Source of the DNA: Octopus vulgaris
Lineage: Eukaryota
DNA: 64,000 nt
Assembly (NCBI GenBank): GCA_951406725.2
Contig: OX597820.1
Location: forward strand, 105,524,001 to 105,588,000
Direction of reading: 5' to 3'
Part shown: positions 26,704 through 40,162 of the stretch, piece by piece
Layout: the number at the start of each line of letters is the position of its first letter
Numbering within the stretch: position 1 is the first letter of the stretch
Program-made: the position numbers and the translations under genes
Notes under the pieces: model-generated
Seen by the model: the letters and a program-made list of their open reading frames with translations, nothing else
What the model was told of the DNA's origin: nothing
Databases searched by the model: none

Positions 26704-29639
26704 ATATATGTATAGGGTATTCTGGGTGGAGACTGGAGTATGGGGATGTTGGGCAGGGGTCCAAACATTTAAGTCTATGTTAGGGTGTATACTTGTTTGT
26801 GTTTGTGTGTGTTTTGGTAAAAGCTTCTGTTGGGTTCTTGTTTATAATATGTTTTTCATATCTCATAACGGAGAGTAGTCGCCATATTTTTTTTTCCAGA
26901 CTTGCTAGCTCTGATGAACAGATGATGTTAGTTAACTATGCTGTTATCTAACTTCCAGTTTAATGCCCAGGGTGAAACTGATTGGTAAGATTGGCTATAT
27001 GGATAAATAATTCTGCACACTTTGATTAATATATAAATAAAGAGAGTGACTTGAGCAAAATAATAATAATAATATATATATATATATATAGTTTATGTTG
27101 TGTATACAGTTAAATGTACAGCTGCTGCTATTAAGTTTAGAGCCCTATGTGAATTATTGTCATTTAGTCTGCTTTCACTATGGTGCTTAAATTACTCAGC
27201 AGTAATACTTGTTATGAGACACAGAGCAAATGTGGGAGATATTATAATTAACATAAGTTCATATCATTTGTTCCTTCCATACTTTTCACTGGAAATTTGC
27301 ATTGGATGTTCCAAGTGCAATTGGATGCAGAATCACACCAGATCCTCAGAGGAACACTTTATAGCATTATATTACAGAGGTCAAATGTCTAGGTAAAAAG
27401 AAAAAGAAAAACACTCTCATAATATGAGTAAAATTTGAGGCAAAGAAAGAAAAGCAAAAAGATATCATATAGAATGAGGTAAGTGAAAGTGCAGGACTAA
27501 AAACGTGTAGAAATATATAGCAAAAAAACAAAAACCAAAAAAAATACAAACAACAAAGAAGTATACAATGAAGTTTGAAATGCTCAAAGAAAAAAAATGG
27601 GAGTGGATGTGACATTTCAGGTAATACTGTTTGTCATGGAGAAGAAAAATTCATGTTTTTATTTCTTCTTTCTCTTTGATAAATAAGTATTTTGAACCCA
27701 TTTCTCAAACTTCTCAAATGATAGCAGTTAGGATTTTGTTTTTTAGTGTAACCAGGAAAAGAAAGTAGAGTTTGATGTTGTGGTGAGTTGCTCAGAGACA
27801 AAATAAAATAATAGGGGTAAAACCTGAATTTATGATCGTGTTGTCAGTAGATCAACATCTTAACATCATAGCTGTTATGTGTGTGTGTGTTTGTGTGTGA
27901 GAGTGAGTGTGTGCATGTACATATGTATGTGTGTATACATATGCACACATATATAATATATAGTTACACAAACTCACACACACACACACTGCCTATCATC
28001 CAGCCATCAGTCCATCACTTCTCTTGAGCTTCCATCATCCTGTATCTCTGCATGATCCAAATGCTTATCTTGATCTTATTACATTCTTTGCACATCTCTC
28101 ATCTGCCTCATGTATTAATCTGTTCTACCACCAGTACATGTCTTTTTTTTTACCCTGCATTTCTTACCCACAGAACCTTAATTAAAGGAATTTAGCCTGA
28201 TGCCTCAGTGTGGGCACCAGAAATTTCAAGGAAAGGCCTTGAAAACACATTGGCATGCTGTTGGTTACAATGATGAGGGTTTGGCTGATACAACGAACAT
28301 AAGAGCCTGTTCATGAAATTAACATGCAAGTGGCTGAGCACTCCACAGACATGCATACCTTTAATGTAGTTCGCAGGGAGATTCCGCATGACATACTGAT
28401 TGTGACAAGGCTGAATTACTGGTACAACACATTTTCCCCAGCTGAGTGGATTGGAGCAACGTGAAATAAAGTGTCTTGCTCAAGCAATACTACACACTGC
28501 CAGGAATTGAACTCACAACCTTATGACAGTGAGCTGAATGCCATAACTACTATGTCATGCACCTTCAAGGAGAGATCTGGAGGTGCCCAATATGTGGCCC
28601 CATAAATTTCTTATAGGGGAGGAAGCCTTACCTCCTTTCTAGATGGAGCTTGAAAGCAATTTTGTTTCACCTTACTAGAATCTGTTCATATCAGTACAGT
28701 TGCCTCCCCTACTCTTTAACATCCTGCCATTCCCTCATCTCACTTGCACTCCAGCTTCCAGGAAAATGTATCTTCCGTATTGAATATATCATCATTCAGT
28801 TTACTTCTCTCGAAATTTGTTGGAAGTTTCACAATCAATGCCTGTGCCTCACTGCCATGCAACTCAATACTTCTCACATGTACAACACTTCCCTTAACTT
28901 CTTACAGGTTTCTCTTAATCTAGCTACTCTACATTTTCCCATATAATCACCTCTAATACTAATTAGGCCACCTTGGTTAGAGAAGTTATCTTTTACTCTG
29001 TGTGAGCAATCTGAGAAAGCTCATGGACTTCATTTCAGCTGTATTTTTTTTTCTCTAATTAATCTTTTAAGAAAGACTTCTCCCAAATTTGTTTATTTAT
29101 TTATTTTTTTTTTCCAAAAAACCCTGTTTTCAGATACAGCTGTTCCAGAAATTGCCAAAAATTGGCATTGTGAAATTTTACAAAAATTTTAGGAAATTTT
29201 TTCAGAATCATAATCTTTGTATTTTTTCAAATATTTTGAAAAAAAATTACTGAAAAAAGGTAAAAAATGAAGGAAATAGGAGTGAGGGGGTGGTAATTTC
29301 AAAATGATAATTTTTGCAAAAAAAAATTTTTAAGAAAAAGGGTTGTTTTTTTTTGGGGGGGGATGGGCAGAAGTCTTGCCATCTTTTACATTTGGTTCCT
29401 TATCTGTTTACTTGAAATTCCACAGTGATCTCGTGTTTACCAACCAGATGAATGTCTTCCATCAAGGCATTAAAACTTTCACATCTAGCAGCTGATTTGA
29501 TAGAAGCTTGTAGAAGCTTTGACCATCTTTTTGAATTCAATATTTCTACTATTCATAAGGTGGGAAACTGGCAGAATTATTACTGTGCTAGACAAAATGC
29601 TAGCAGTATTTCATCTAGGTGTCTTGGGGGAAAAAAAAA

Positions 29640-29815
29640 ATGGAGACCACCTCCCCCTGTGGGATGACGTTAAAATAATAGACAGAGAATACCACTGGAA
29701 AATACGAAAACTAAAAGAAGCAGCAACCTCCTAAGCAGACCAAGTGCAGATATGAACAGCATATGGGAACTGGTATTAAGGAAGGATAGGAAAAGATTAG
29801 ATTTATAAGCCCTAA
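29640..29815 (+). mobile_element. Penelope-like GIY-YIG C-terminal remnant
   Basis: WDDVKIIDREYHWKIRKLKEA motif. Confidence 0.55.
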
Positions 29816-29872
29816 ATTCACTCCTTAATTGTACATGGGCATATGACACAGTGGTTCAATTCCAGGCAGTGA

Positions 29873-29929
<57 letters not shown>

Positions 29930-29941
29930 TAATAATAATAA

Positions 29942-29976
<35 letters not shown>

Positions 29977-30836
29977 ATAGAAGAGGGCCATATCATGTGA
30001 AATTGGTTGAACGATATTTCGGCATCTAGCGTTGCCTTCCACAGGTTCAAATATTACATGTCAGTCTACTTTATTTTTTAAGACTATATAGGACCGAGGT
30101 AACACATCCAGAAGTTATACACAAATAAATAGAAGAGTGCCATATAATGTGAAATTTGTTGAACATCTAGTGTGCTTTCCACAGGTTCAAATATTACATG
30201 TCAGTCTACTTTATTTTTTTTAATAATAATAATAATAATAATAGTAATAATAATAGTAATAATAATAATAATAATAATAAATAATAACATATGTACATTG
30301 TTTTGTCTTGGTATAAAAGATGGGCTACAGCAAATATTCTGCTCAATACCACAGATTTGCTTGCCAGTTGTTTGACCTTAACCAGTTGAGCATGTCCCTT
30401 AGTGGCTGACGATATGTGCATCTCTGATAACAAGCAGAAGTAGTGGGGGAGCATCATAGCCATGTGTTGAGAGGGATTCTTTGGGGTTTGAATAATTCAC
30501 CTCTGGAAACATGGGTGGTTCTTTCAACATCCTTAAACAACCCTTATTCAGGGACCGTTTGAGCGGGATGGGCTACTCAACCTGAAGAAAATTCTAACTG
30601 GGCCCCACCTGCAAGGTCATGTGCTGTTTATCTTGATATGAGATCACCATGTCGCGCACATATGGTTGTGATGCATGTGCCTGGTGTACCTTTATCAGAC
30701 GGGTAGTCATGATGGGTATATTGGGCTTCGTATATTTTACCCCAGTGTCACTTTGATGGCATGAACTGCTCTCTCACTCAATAATAACATTAATAAATAC
30801 TTTAGGAATGAGAACCCAAGTTCAAAATTTCCCCAA

Positions 30837-30880
30837 GACACCTGATGAAGGCTGGAGGGTATCAGCTGAAACTTTGTGTT
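30837..30880 (+). ncRNA. Minimal hammerhead-like motif (PLE-associated)
   Basis: gacac-CTGATGA-a-ggctg..cagct-GAAA-c..gtgtt. Stem III is degenerate. Confidence 0.5.
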
Positions 30881-31729
30881 AACAAGATGGGGACAAATAG
30901 CCATCAAATATAAATAATGTAAATAATGTACATAATTCCTCATCTCTTAAATATAGAACTGTAGCATTTCATCTGTCTTTATTTCTGAATTCAAACACAT
31001 CTGGTGTTGACTCTGCCTTCATCCTTTTGGGGGTCGATAAAATAAGCACCAACTGAGCAGTGGGGTTGATGTAATTGACATCCTCCCTCCCACAAAATTG
31101 CTGAGTTTGTGCCAAAATGTCTACCACTCTACTCATGGAACACTTATAAAATTATTAAAAAAACACCTCAGCTTTGAGAAACACTTTTTCATACTCAGAG
31201 TTGTTAAAGCATGGAATAAATTATCTACATTAGTTATTAGTTGTCAAAACTCTGCCTCCTTCAAAAATTCCGTGCCCCCCCCATTTCACCAGAACTACTC
31301 CTGACATACTTTATACGCCCTTCCCCTCTTTATGGCTTTTTTACTGTTCACTTTTCTGTCACTTTTTCTGTTTTATTGTGTGTATTATGTATGTACTCCT
31401 GCCTATCATTGTTATCTTTCTTCACTTGACTCATTGCTGCTTTCTGTCCCCTCCTTTTCTCCCTTTTTCATATTGCACCTGAGCTTGTGTAGCTTTTGCT
31501 TGCCTTAATTGCACAGAATTAAGTCCCTACAAAAACTACTTCTAGATATTGTACAACAACCATATTTCAATAAGAAATAAAAGATATAGTATGATCAGTG
31601 CAAAAAGGGATCAAAATCTAAGCTCAATGAATTTGTGGGTCATTTTTTTTCTATTGCCCACTCCTTTTATTACATACAGGTCAGAATGACCAATGGGGCT
31701 GAACAAACCAGCAACCATATCATTGTCAT

Positions 31730-31910
31730 GGCTGTCACCGCCACCATCACCACTGCCACTACAGCCATCACCACCACCACCACCACTGCCGCAGCCACCA
31801 CCACCACCACCACCACCACTGCCACAGCCACCACCACCATCGCCACAGCTGCCACCACCGTTGCCACCACCGCCGCCACCACCACCACCACCACCACCAC
31901 CACCACCAAA
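31730..31910. repeat. (CCA)n-type microsatellite
   Basis: Direct reading. It produces the poly-P/G/T ORFs. Confidence 0.9.
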
Positions 31911-32734
31911 CAACAATGAATGTAGCAACTCTGTAGCTAAATCAAAGTGCTACTTTTTTTTGAGAACCTCCTCTCTGCATATCTAGATGACCTTTGACAT
32001 TACATATTCCAAAATATAATAATTTAATAAAAACTCAGCCTATGCATTATTATTTTTTACTTTTAGTAATGTTGTTTGCAAAATCTTGAAAGGAGAATAG
32101 CTTTATTTTATTTTTACTTATTTTTTTCTTTCCTGATAGCAACTTAATTATGTTAATTAATTCTTAAAACCTTCAGTTTTGCTTCATGACAAAAATAACA
32201 ACAACAGCAAAAAACAACTACATGTCACGTATATACCTGATTTGGTTATAGATTAATTTACATTATCTCCTTCTCAACAAATTGTTGACGCATCTATACA
32301 ACCTATTTCAATGAAATGATTGGGCTGATAATGTTACTTACCGGCGTCAAAGAAGAAAAAAAGAAAAACCACGAAAACAAAAAGATACAAAGAAAGACTT
32401 AATAATAATAATAACATACCCCTTAGTAATCTAATTACCTTAGAGTTTTGGGAGAAGTTTTTATGAAGGAGACAAGGAAGGGTAATGCTTGCATAAATTA
32501 ATCATTACTGGTTTGGTCTAGTTTAAATCAGTGATTTACTTCCATTGAAGCAACAAGTAGGAAATGTTGGCGACACACAATAGGACTGATGGCTGCAATC
32601 GAAACAGTAAGTATAAAAAAGCAATTATGCATCCTTTTCTGCATTTCACAAAACACTGCAATAATAATAATAATAATAATGATAATAATAATAATAATAA
32701 TAATAGTAATAATAATAATAATAATGATAATAAT

Positions 32735-33175
32735 AATCCTTTCTACTATAGGCAAAAGGCTCAAAATTCTGGGGGAGGAGACTAGTCGATTACATCGACC
32801 CCATTGTTTCACTGGTACTTAATTTATTGACACCTGAAAGGGATGAAAGGCAAAGTTGACCTTAATGGAATTTTGACCCAGAACAAGTAGACAGATGAAA
32901 TGCCGCTAAGCATTTTGTCCAGCATGCTAATAATTCAGCCACCTCACCACCTTAATAATAACAATAATCCTTTCTACTAAAGGCACAAGGCCAGAAATTT
33001 CGGTGGAGGGGACTAGTCAATTACATCGACCCCAGTATTCATCTGGTACTTAATTTATCAACCCCGAAAGGAGGAAAAGCAAAGTTGACTGCAATTTGAT
33101 CTCAGAACATAGTGATGGGTGAAATATTGCTAAGCATTTTGCCTGGTGTGCTAGCAATTCTGCCAGCTCACCACC

Positions 33176-33210
<35 letters not shown>

Positions 33211-34040
33211 CCTTTCTACTATAGGCACAAGGTCTGAAATTTTTGTGGAGGGGGCAAGTTGATTACATCAACTCCAGTGCTCAACTACTACATATTTTAT
33301 CAACCCCAAAAAGATGAAAGACAAAGTTGACCTTGGTGAAATATGAATTCAGAACATAAAGATAGATGAAATGCTGCTAAACATTTTGCCTGGCATGCCA
33401 ATGGTTCTGGTGGCTTGCTACCTTAAAAAAAAAAAAGAATAATGATTCTTTCTATTTTAGACACAATGCCTAAAAGCTTGAGTGGCGGGTCTATTTGATC
33501 ATATAAATCCCAGTACTTGACTTGTACTTAATGTATTGACCCTTAAAGGGCAAGAGGCAAAGTTGACCATAGCAGTATTTGAAATCAGAGCAAAAAGCTG
33601 GAAGAAATACTGCTGGCCAGTGTGCTAGTTTATTCTGCCAGCTCACTATTTTTCCCTTTCTGTTATAGGGCATGGGCCTGAAACTCTTTGGGAGCAGGAG
33701 AGTCAATTACATTAACTCCACCAACTGCTACTTATTTTATCAACACTGAAAGAGTGAAAGGAAAAGTCGACGATGGTAGTATTTGAACTCAGAATGTAAA
33801 GAGCTGGAAGAAATGTTATGCATTATGTGCTAATGATTCTGCTAGCTTGCCACCTTAATAATAATAATAATCCTTTCTGCTATAGGCACAAGGCCTGAAA
33901 TTTTTAGGGCGGGGGCTCGTCAATTATATCAACCTTAGTGCTCAACTGGTACTTATTTTATCAACCCTGAAAGGATGAAAGACAAAGCTGACTTGGGTGG
34001 AATTTGAACACAGAATGTACAGACAGATGAAATGCTGCTA
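32735..34040 (-). mobile_element. Tandem array of six Nin/Deu-domain SINE units, several separated by (AAT)n
   Basis: Unit boundary aatcctttctactataggcacaaggcc near 32735, 32966, 33208, 33445, 33655 and 33868. Confidence 0.8.
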
Positions 34041-34207
34041 AATAATATTTTGAGTGTGTAGGTAGGGAGGGGTTGTTTGTTCATATCACTGAAGCCCTCC
34101 TCCTGATCCCCCCAATATTTGATAGTTTATTTTGTTGATATAAAAAGGATGAAATGCAAAGCAGATTTGAATTCAGAATGCAAAGACCCCAGACAAATAC
34201 CTCAAGG

Positions 34208-35260
<1,053 letters not shown>

Positions 35261-35635
35261 ATAAATAGATGCATGCATGTATATATCCTTTAGCAGATGG
35301 ATTTTTGCTATGTAATAATGTAAGTACAGTATTTGAAATCCCAACTAATCCAATTTTCCCTGAATTCTGCTTTATTCTTTTGTTACAACAGATTAAATAG
35401 GAACAATAAAAGACCAAGAACTCATCTGCTTGGAAAAACATTATTAATGTATATTATGTTATTTAAAAAAAAACTAATTTAATTTCCATTTTTTTCTATC
35501 TCATTTCAAACAGAAATATCAGTATGTCATGGAGTTCTTAAATGAAGAAAACTTACAGAAAATCTTTCATACCAATTCTGATAGAAATCAACAGATATTT
35601 TGAATACGCCTGAATACATTTTCACTTTATCAAAA

Positions 35636-36637
35636 ATGCTACAGAATGATCTGAACATCACTGAAACTTTAGATGTTAATGCATTATGGGAAAGGCAAGA
35701 CACAATGGCTGTCTTTTCGGTTTTGATCATGGTTGTTATATTGTTTGGAAATGGAACTGTGGTAATATCTATTATAAGATACCAACACCTACGCACCCCT
35801 ACAAATCACTTTGTTTTAACATTGGCATTAACTGACATCATGCTGGCTTTATCTCTGCCTTACCACACAGTGTCCTATGTACATCCATTCTTAACAAAGC
35901 AAAAATATGCTTGCCTCTGGCGATATATCTCCTTCTTGCTTCCTTGTGGTACATCACAGACACATGTGTTGGCTATCACACTGGATCGATATTTATCTGT
36001 GGTTCATCCCCTCCATTACAGTTCACTAATGTCCACCAAAAAAGTTTTTATCATTTCTGGATTGCTTTGGCTTTACAGTTCTGTTCTTGGATTTGTACCA
36101 TTTTACTGGAATTACTGGGATGGTCACAGTGCCTGCAATCTTAACATTGTATTTCCTGTTGGTTATATGATTATTTTAGTAGTGCAGTTTTTTTTCATCA
36201 GCATCATTGTTATAATCCTTTATTTAAAAGTATTTGCAATTGCTAAGAGATTACAGAAAGGCATTCTGAAACCTAATAACGACATTACTCCTGGTCCAAC
36301 TAAGAAAAAATTCAAGAATTCAAGATCACTTCTTTTGTACGGAATAGTGGTTTGCTTTTTCTGCTTTTTATGGACACCATTTTTCACGGTTGTTTTAATA
36401 CAAATGTTGTGGTTTAACAATAATGCTCTCCTGATATTTGGCAGAGGATTCACATTATTAGGACTTACAACTTCTATAACTAACCCTGTAACTTATGTCT
36501 TTTTGAACAAAGGTTTTCATAAAGCATACCGAGACATGTTTCATCTGAAGAAAAAAAATATATTTGTTAAGAAGCAGCAAGGCTTACCTCATGCAGACTT
36601 CATAAAAATATCTTCATACAATGGAAATTTGCAGTAA
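35636..36637 (+). CDS. Rhodopsin-family (class A) GPCR, single coding exon, non-aminergic
   Basis: Seven hydrophobic segments with GN (TM1), LALTD (TM2), C3.25, DRY, W4.50, WTPF (TM6) and NPVTY (TM7). First in-frame ATG at 35636. Upstream splice acceptor ttcaaacag ends at 35513. Confidence 0.93.
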   Translation: MLQNDLNITETLDVNALWERQDTMAVFSVLIMVVILFGNGTVVISIIRYQHLRTPTNHFVLTLALTDIMLALSLPYHTVSYVHPFLTKQKYACLWRYISFLLPCGTSQTHVLAITLDRYLSVVHPLHYSSLMSTKKVFIISGLLWLYSSVLGFVPFYWNYWDGHSACNLNIVFPVGYMIILVVQFFFISIIVIILYLKVFAIAKRLQKGILKPNNDITPGPTKKKFKNSRSLLLYGIVVCFFCFLWTPFFTVVLIQMLWFNNNALLIFGRGFTLLGLTTSITNPVTYVFLNKGFHKAYRDMFHLKKKNIFVKKQQGLPHADFIKISSYNGNLQ

Positions 36638-36981
36638 CACATTATATATGTTTTGCTGATATAGAAAAAAACACGCCTCTGTTAATTATATTGTGTGCTT
36701 TTTTTCCGACTAATGAACAACTTATAATACACACACACCCAGACATTTATAGCTATCTATGACTTTGCCAGTACTGTGATAGAAATTGATGATAAAGATG
36801 TCATCAAATCCCAAGAACTCAAACAAATACTCACATTTTTCAAAAGAAACTCATTCAAAATCATCAAGACAACCAGCTCTCGACACACAACAGAAGAAAA
36901 CTGAAGAAGTCCTAGAAAAAGCAATGAAGTTCAGAAAATATTGGGTTTCACAAAAGAAATAATGCAGGAAATAAAAAAAAA

Positions 36982-37320
36982 ACACCATCCGTTCGTGGCC
37001 GTTTGCCAGACTCATCTGGCACCACCATCCGTTCGTGACCGTTGCCAGCACCGCCCCGACTGGCCTCGTGCCAGTGGCATGTAAAAAGCACCATCCGTCC
37101 ATGGCCGTTTGCCAGCTCTGTCTGGCTCCTGTGCGGGTGGCACGTAAAAAGCACCCACTACACTCATGGAGTGGTTGGCATTAGGAAGGGCATCCAGCTG
37201 TAGAAACACTGCCAGATCAGACTGGGCCTGATGCAGCCTTCTGGCCTCACAGACCCCAGTTGAACCGTCCAACCCATGCTAGCATGGAAAGCGGACGCTA
37301 AATGATGATGATGATGATGA
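36982..37320 (+). mobile_element. RTE 3' UTR fragment
   Basis: Matches 21780-22143. Confidence 0.85.
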
Positions 37321-38814
37321 TATATATATATAAAAGTTGTTGTATTGTGATTTTGAGAAACTTGCATAAAGAAAAATGAAAAAAAAAATTTATGATAGTG
37401 ATGAGGAAGATGATCAGAAAATCTGATGAGGAAAAAGAAATTTATATATTTATAAAATATAAAGATCTGAAAACATTTCTATTACATACATCCTTGTAAT
37501 TAAAATGCTCAGTTTGTATAAATTGTTCACCCTTTTGCTTGATACCAAACAGACTGGGGAATGTCCTCTAGTTTTTAAAATTTTTTCTTCTTCATTCCTT
37601 TACATTTCACCTCTCATATATATTTTCAATTCAACCATTAATTCATTAATTAATCCACATCCATTCATGTTGTTAATCCTATCTACTAAATGATGTACAA
37701 AAAAATAAAATGTAAATAAAATTAAAAAAAGAACGTCAGTGAATACTAACAAAGTTTCTGAGTGTATTTATTTAAAGTAGTACTCCGTTAGTATAACAAC
37801 GAGGGTTCCAGTTGATTCGATCAATGGAATAGCCTGCTTGTGAAATTAAAGAGCAAGTGGCTGAGCGCTCCAGACGCATACACCGTTAACATAGTTCTGA
37901 GGGAGATTCAGCGTGACAAGGCTAATTCTTTGAATTACAAGTACTACTCATTTTTACCAGCTGAGTGAACTGGAGCAATGTGAAATCAAGTATTTTACTC
38001 AAAGGACACAACATACCACTGGTTTTCTAACTCATGTCTTTATGATTGTGTCAAATATCCTAACCAATTAGCCATGTGCCTTCAAGTGTATTTATTATCT
38101 GGTAAATTAACCTCTTCGTAAGTGAATGATCTCTTGTATGGACTTTAATGTAGCAGGTAAATACATAGAGTAGATCATCATCAATATTAGTTTTGTCCAA
38201 TTATGTTCTCATTTCAGTTCAATACTGTCTATGTTTACTGACAAATGCCAAGATGATATTAATCCTTTCCACTACTTAGGCACAAGGCCTGAAGTTGTGG
38301 GGATTTTATCAACCTCTGTATTTATTCTGTCCATCCTGAAAGGATGAAATGCAGATGATCTTGATAGAATATGAATCCAAAATGTAAAGCCAGAAGAAGT
38401 GTTGCTAAGCATTTTGTCTGGTATGCTCAATTCTGTCAGCTCACAGCCCTAATATTCTACTATAATTATACACTCGTGTTTTACCCTGTCACATTGTCTA
38501 AATGAGAAAGGAAGGGGTGATGGCAAAATTGATAGTGGGATGATGGAAATTCTATGGTGAAAAAAAAACTCAAACAGCATTTCTACTCTGTGTGAGTATG
38601 TGTGTGTGTATATAAGGAAAGTATGTGAACGTTTATATGTGTGAATCAGTGTTCTTTCAGTAACAAATGATTGATGTCAAATCTCAAAATACAACCAGTA
38701 GATAACATTGAGAAGTGTATTAGTTTGAATTACCATCCATATTCTATCTTTTGTCCTTATTTATGTATAAAATACTACAATTAGCCATCATTGGTATGAG
38801 GCCAGCTACTAATA

Positions 38815-39190
38815 ATAATAATAAACCAGATATTCTTAAAAACAGTGCAGACCTAAAATGCAGATTTTGTAACAAATTTGATGAATCAATAGACCATTTT
38901 GTTTTGAGGTGTCCTGCACTGACACCAAAAGAATATAAAAATTGCCACAATAGGGTAGAACAATATTTGTATTGGAAAATACATAAGCAAGGAAATCTGA
39001 CAAGCTCATAAAATATAAGGACCTCAAATTTGAAATTCAAGATGTGGCATCTTAAAGTGAAAACTGTCCCTATTACTGTAGGATGTCAGAAACATCTAAA
39101 TAGCACCTTAATAAATGTGTCTCTCAAAGAAATCCAAAAGACTGTGCTGACAAATACTGCCCACATCCTTGGGAAAACCCTATCAAATTA
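38815..39190 (+). mobile_element. R4/NeSL-type (RLE) non-LTR retrotransposon 3' remnant
   Basis: CRFCNKFDESIDHFVLRCP CCHC knuckle followed by a (R)HNRV-like motif. Confidence 0.65.
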
Positions 39191-40049
39191 AATGTTATGT
39201 TGTATCATATGAATGTTTTCTGTACTGCCTCCCTCCACTTTCAATTATGTCTAAACATCTCTGAACCTTCTCATGTGCTGGGTCACTAGGTGTGACCCAG
39301 CAAGTGATTGTATCAAGCAGATAGATTAAATGCAAAATATTATCCTTATCATTTAACGTCCATGTTTCATACTGACATGGTTTGAAGTTTGACAGGATCC
39401 AATGGACCTAATGACAGCCACCATGCTCCACTGATTGCTTTTGTAAGGTTTCTATGGTTTGATGCCTGCCTAACACTAATCCCTTTACATAATGTACTGG
39501 GTGCTTTTTTTTTTGCATCACCAACACATTAACATATACTATGATACTTTTGTATTTCAGTAGTAATAACTAACAGATTATCAGAGACAAAGTTAATAGA
39601 TTTATGTCAAATAGCTTTGTTAGTATTGTTTGTAAAAAAAAGGAATAAAAACGTTTTAAAAGTAAATATAATTCAAACAAAATATAACAAGAAAGGGATC
39701 AATACCATGAGAATGTTAAATAGCCAAATCCCATCTAAGTATATCATCTTTCTGTGGATGTAAATTGATGATAATGATAAGCAATCATTTAAATTGAAAT
39801 ACATGGTCAGAAAATTTAATTATTTGATTAATGAATATGGAAGTTAGCTTTCAGTATTTAGTTATACCTAGATTTGAAGCAGTTCAATAACAACAACAAT
39901 CTATTTTAAATAACTTTATTAAAAACACTCTAAAAATGAAATAAAACAAAGAGCATAAAACAGTTTTTATATTTTATTTGTTTTCTAATACTTTTAAATT
40001 TGGTAAAATAGAAGAAGCCTAAGAATTACAGACATTTCCTGCAAAGTTT

Positions 40050-40162
40050 TCAGCGTAATCGTTTACCAGTGCCTTGTATTTCTTGTCTTCTTTCCCAGAT
40101 CATGCGATGTTTCTGTTTCATGTAGGCATCGACAGCATTAGCTGCAGCTCCAAGTTCACCAT
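40050..40162 (-). CDS. NDUFB10: NDUFB10 exon 4 (to TGA)
   Basis: Acceptor ccaacag. Encodes (Y)GELGAAANAVDAYMKQKHRMIWERRQEIQGTGKRLR*. AATAAA at 39978-39973. Confidence 0.9.

Noticed and set aside
31611-31986. Poly-Pro/Gly/Thr ORFs
   Set aside because: (CCA)n microsatellite with no supporting splice or domain context.
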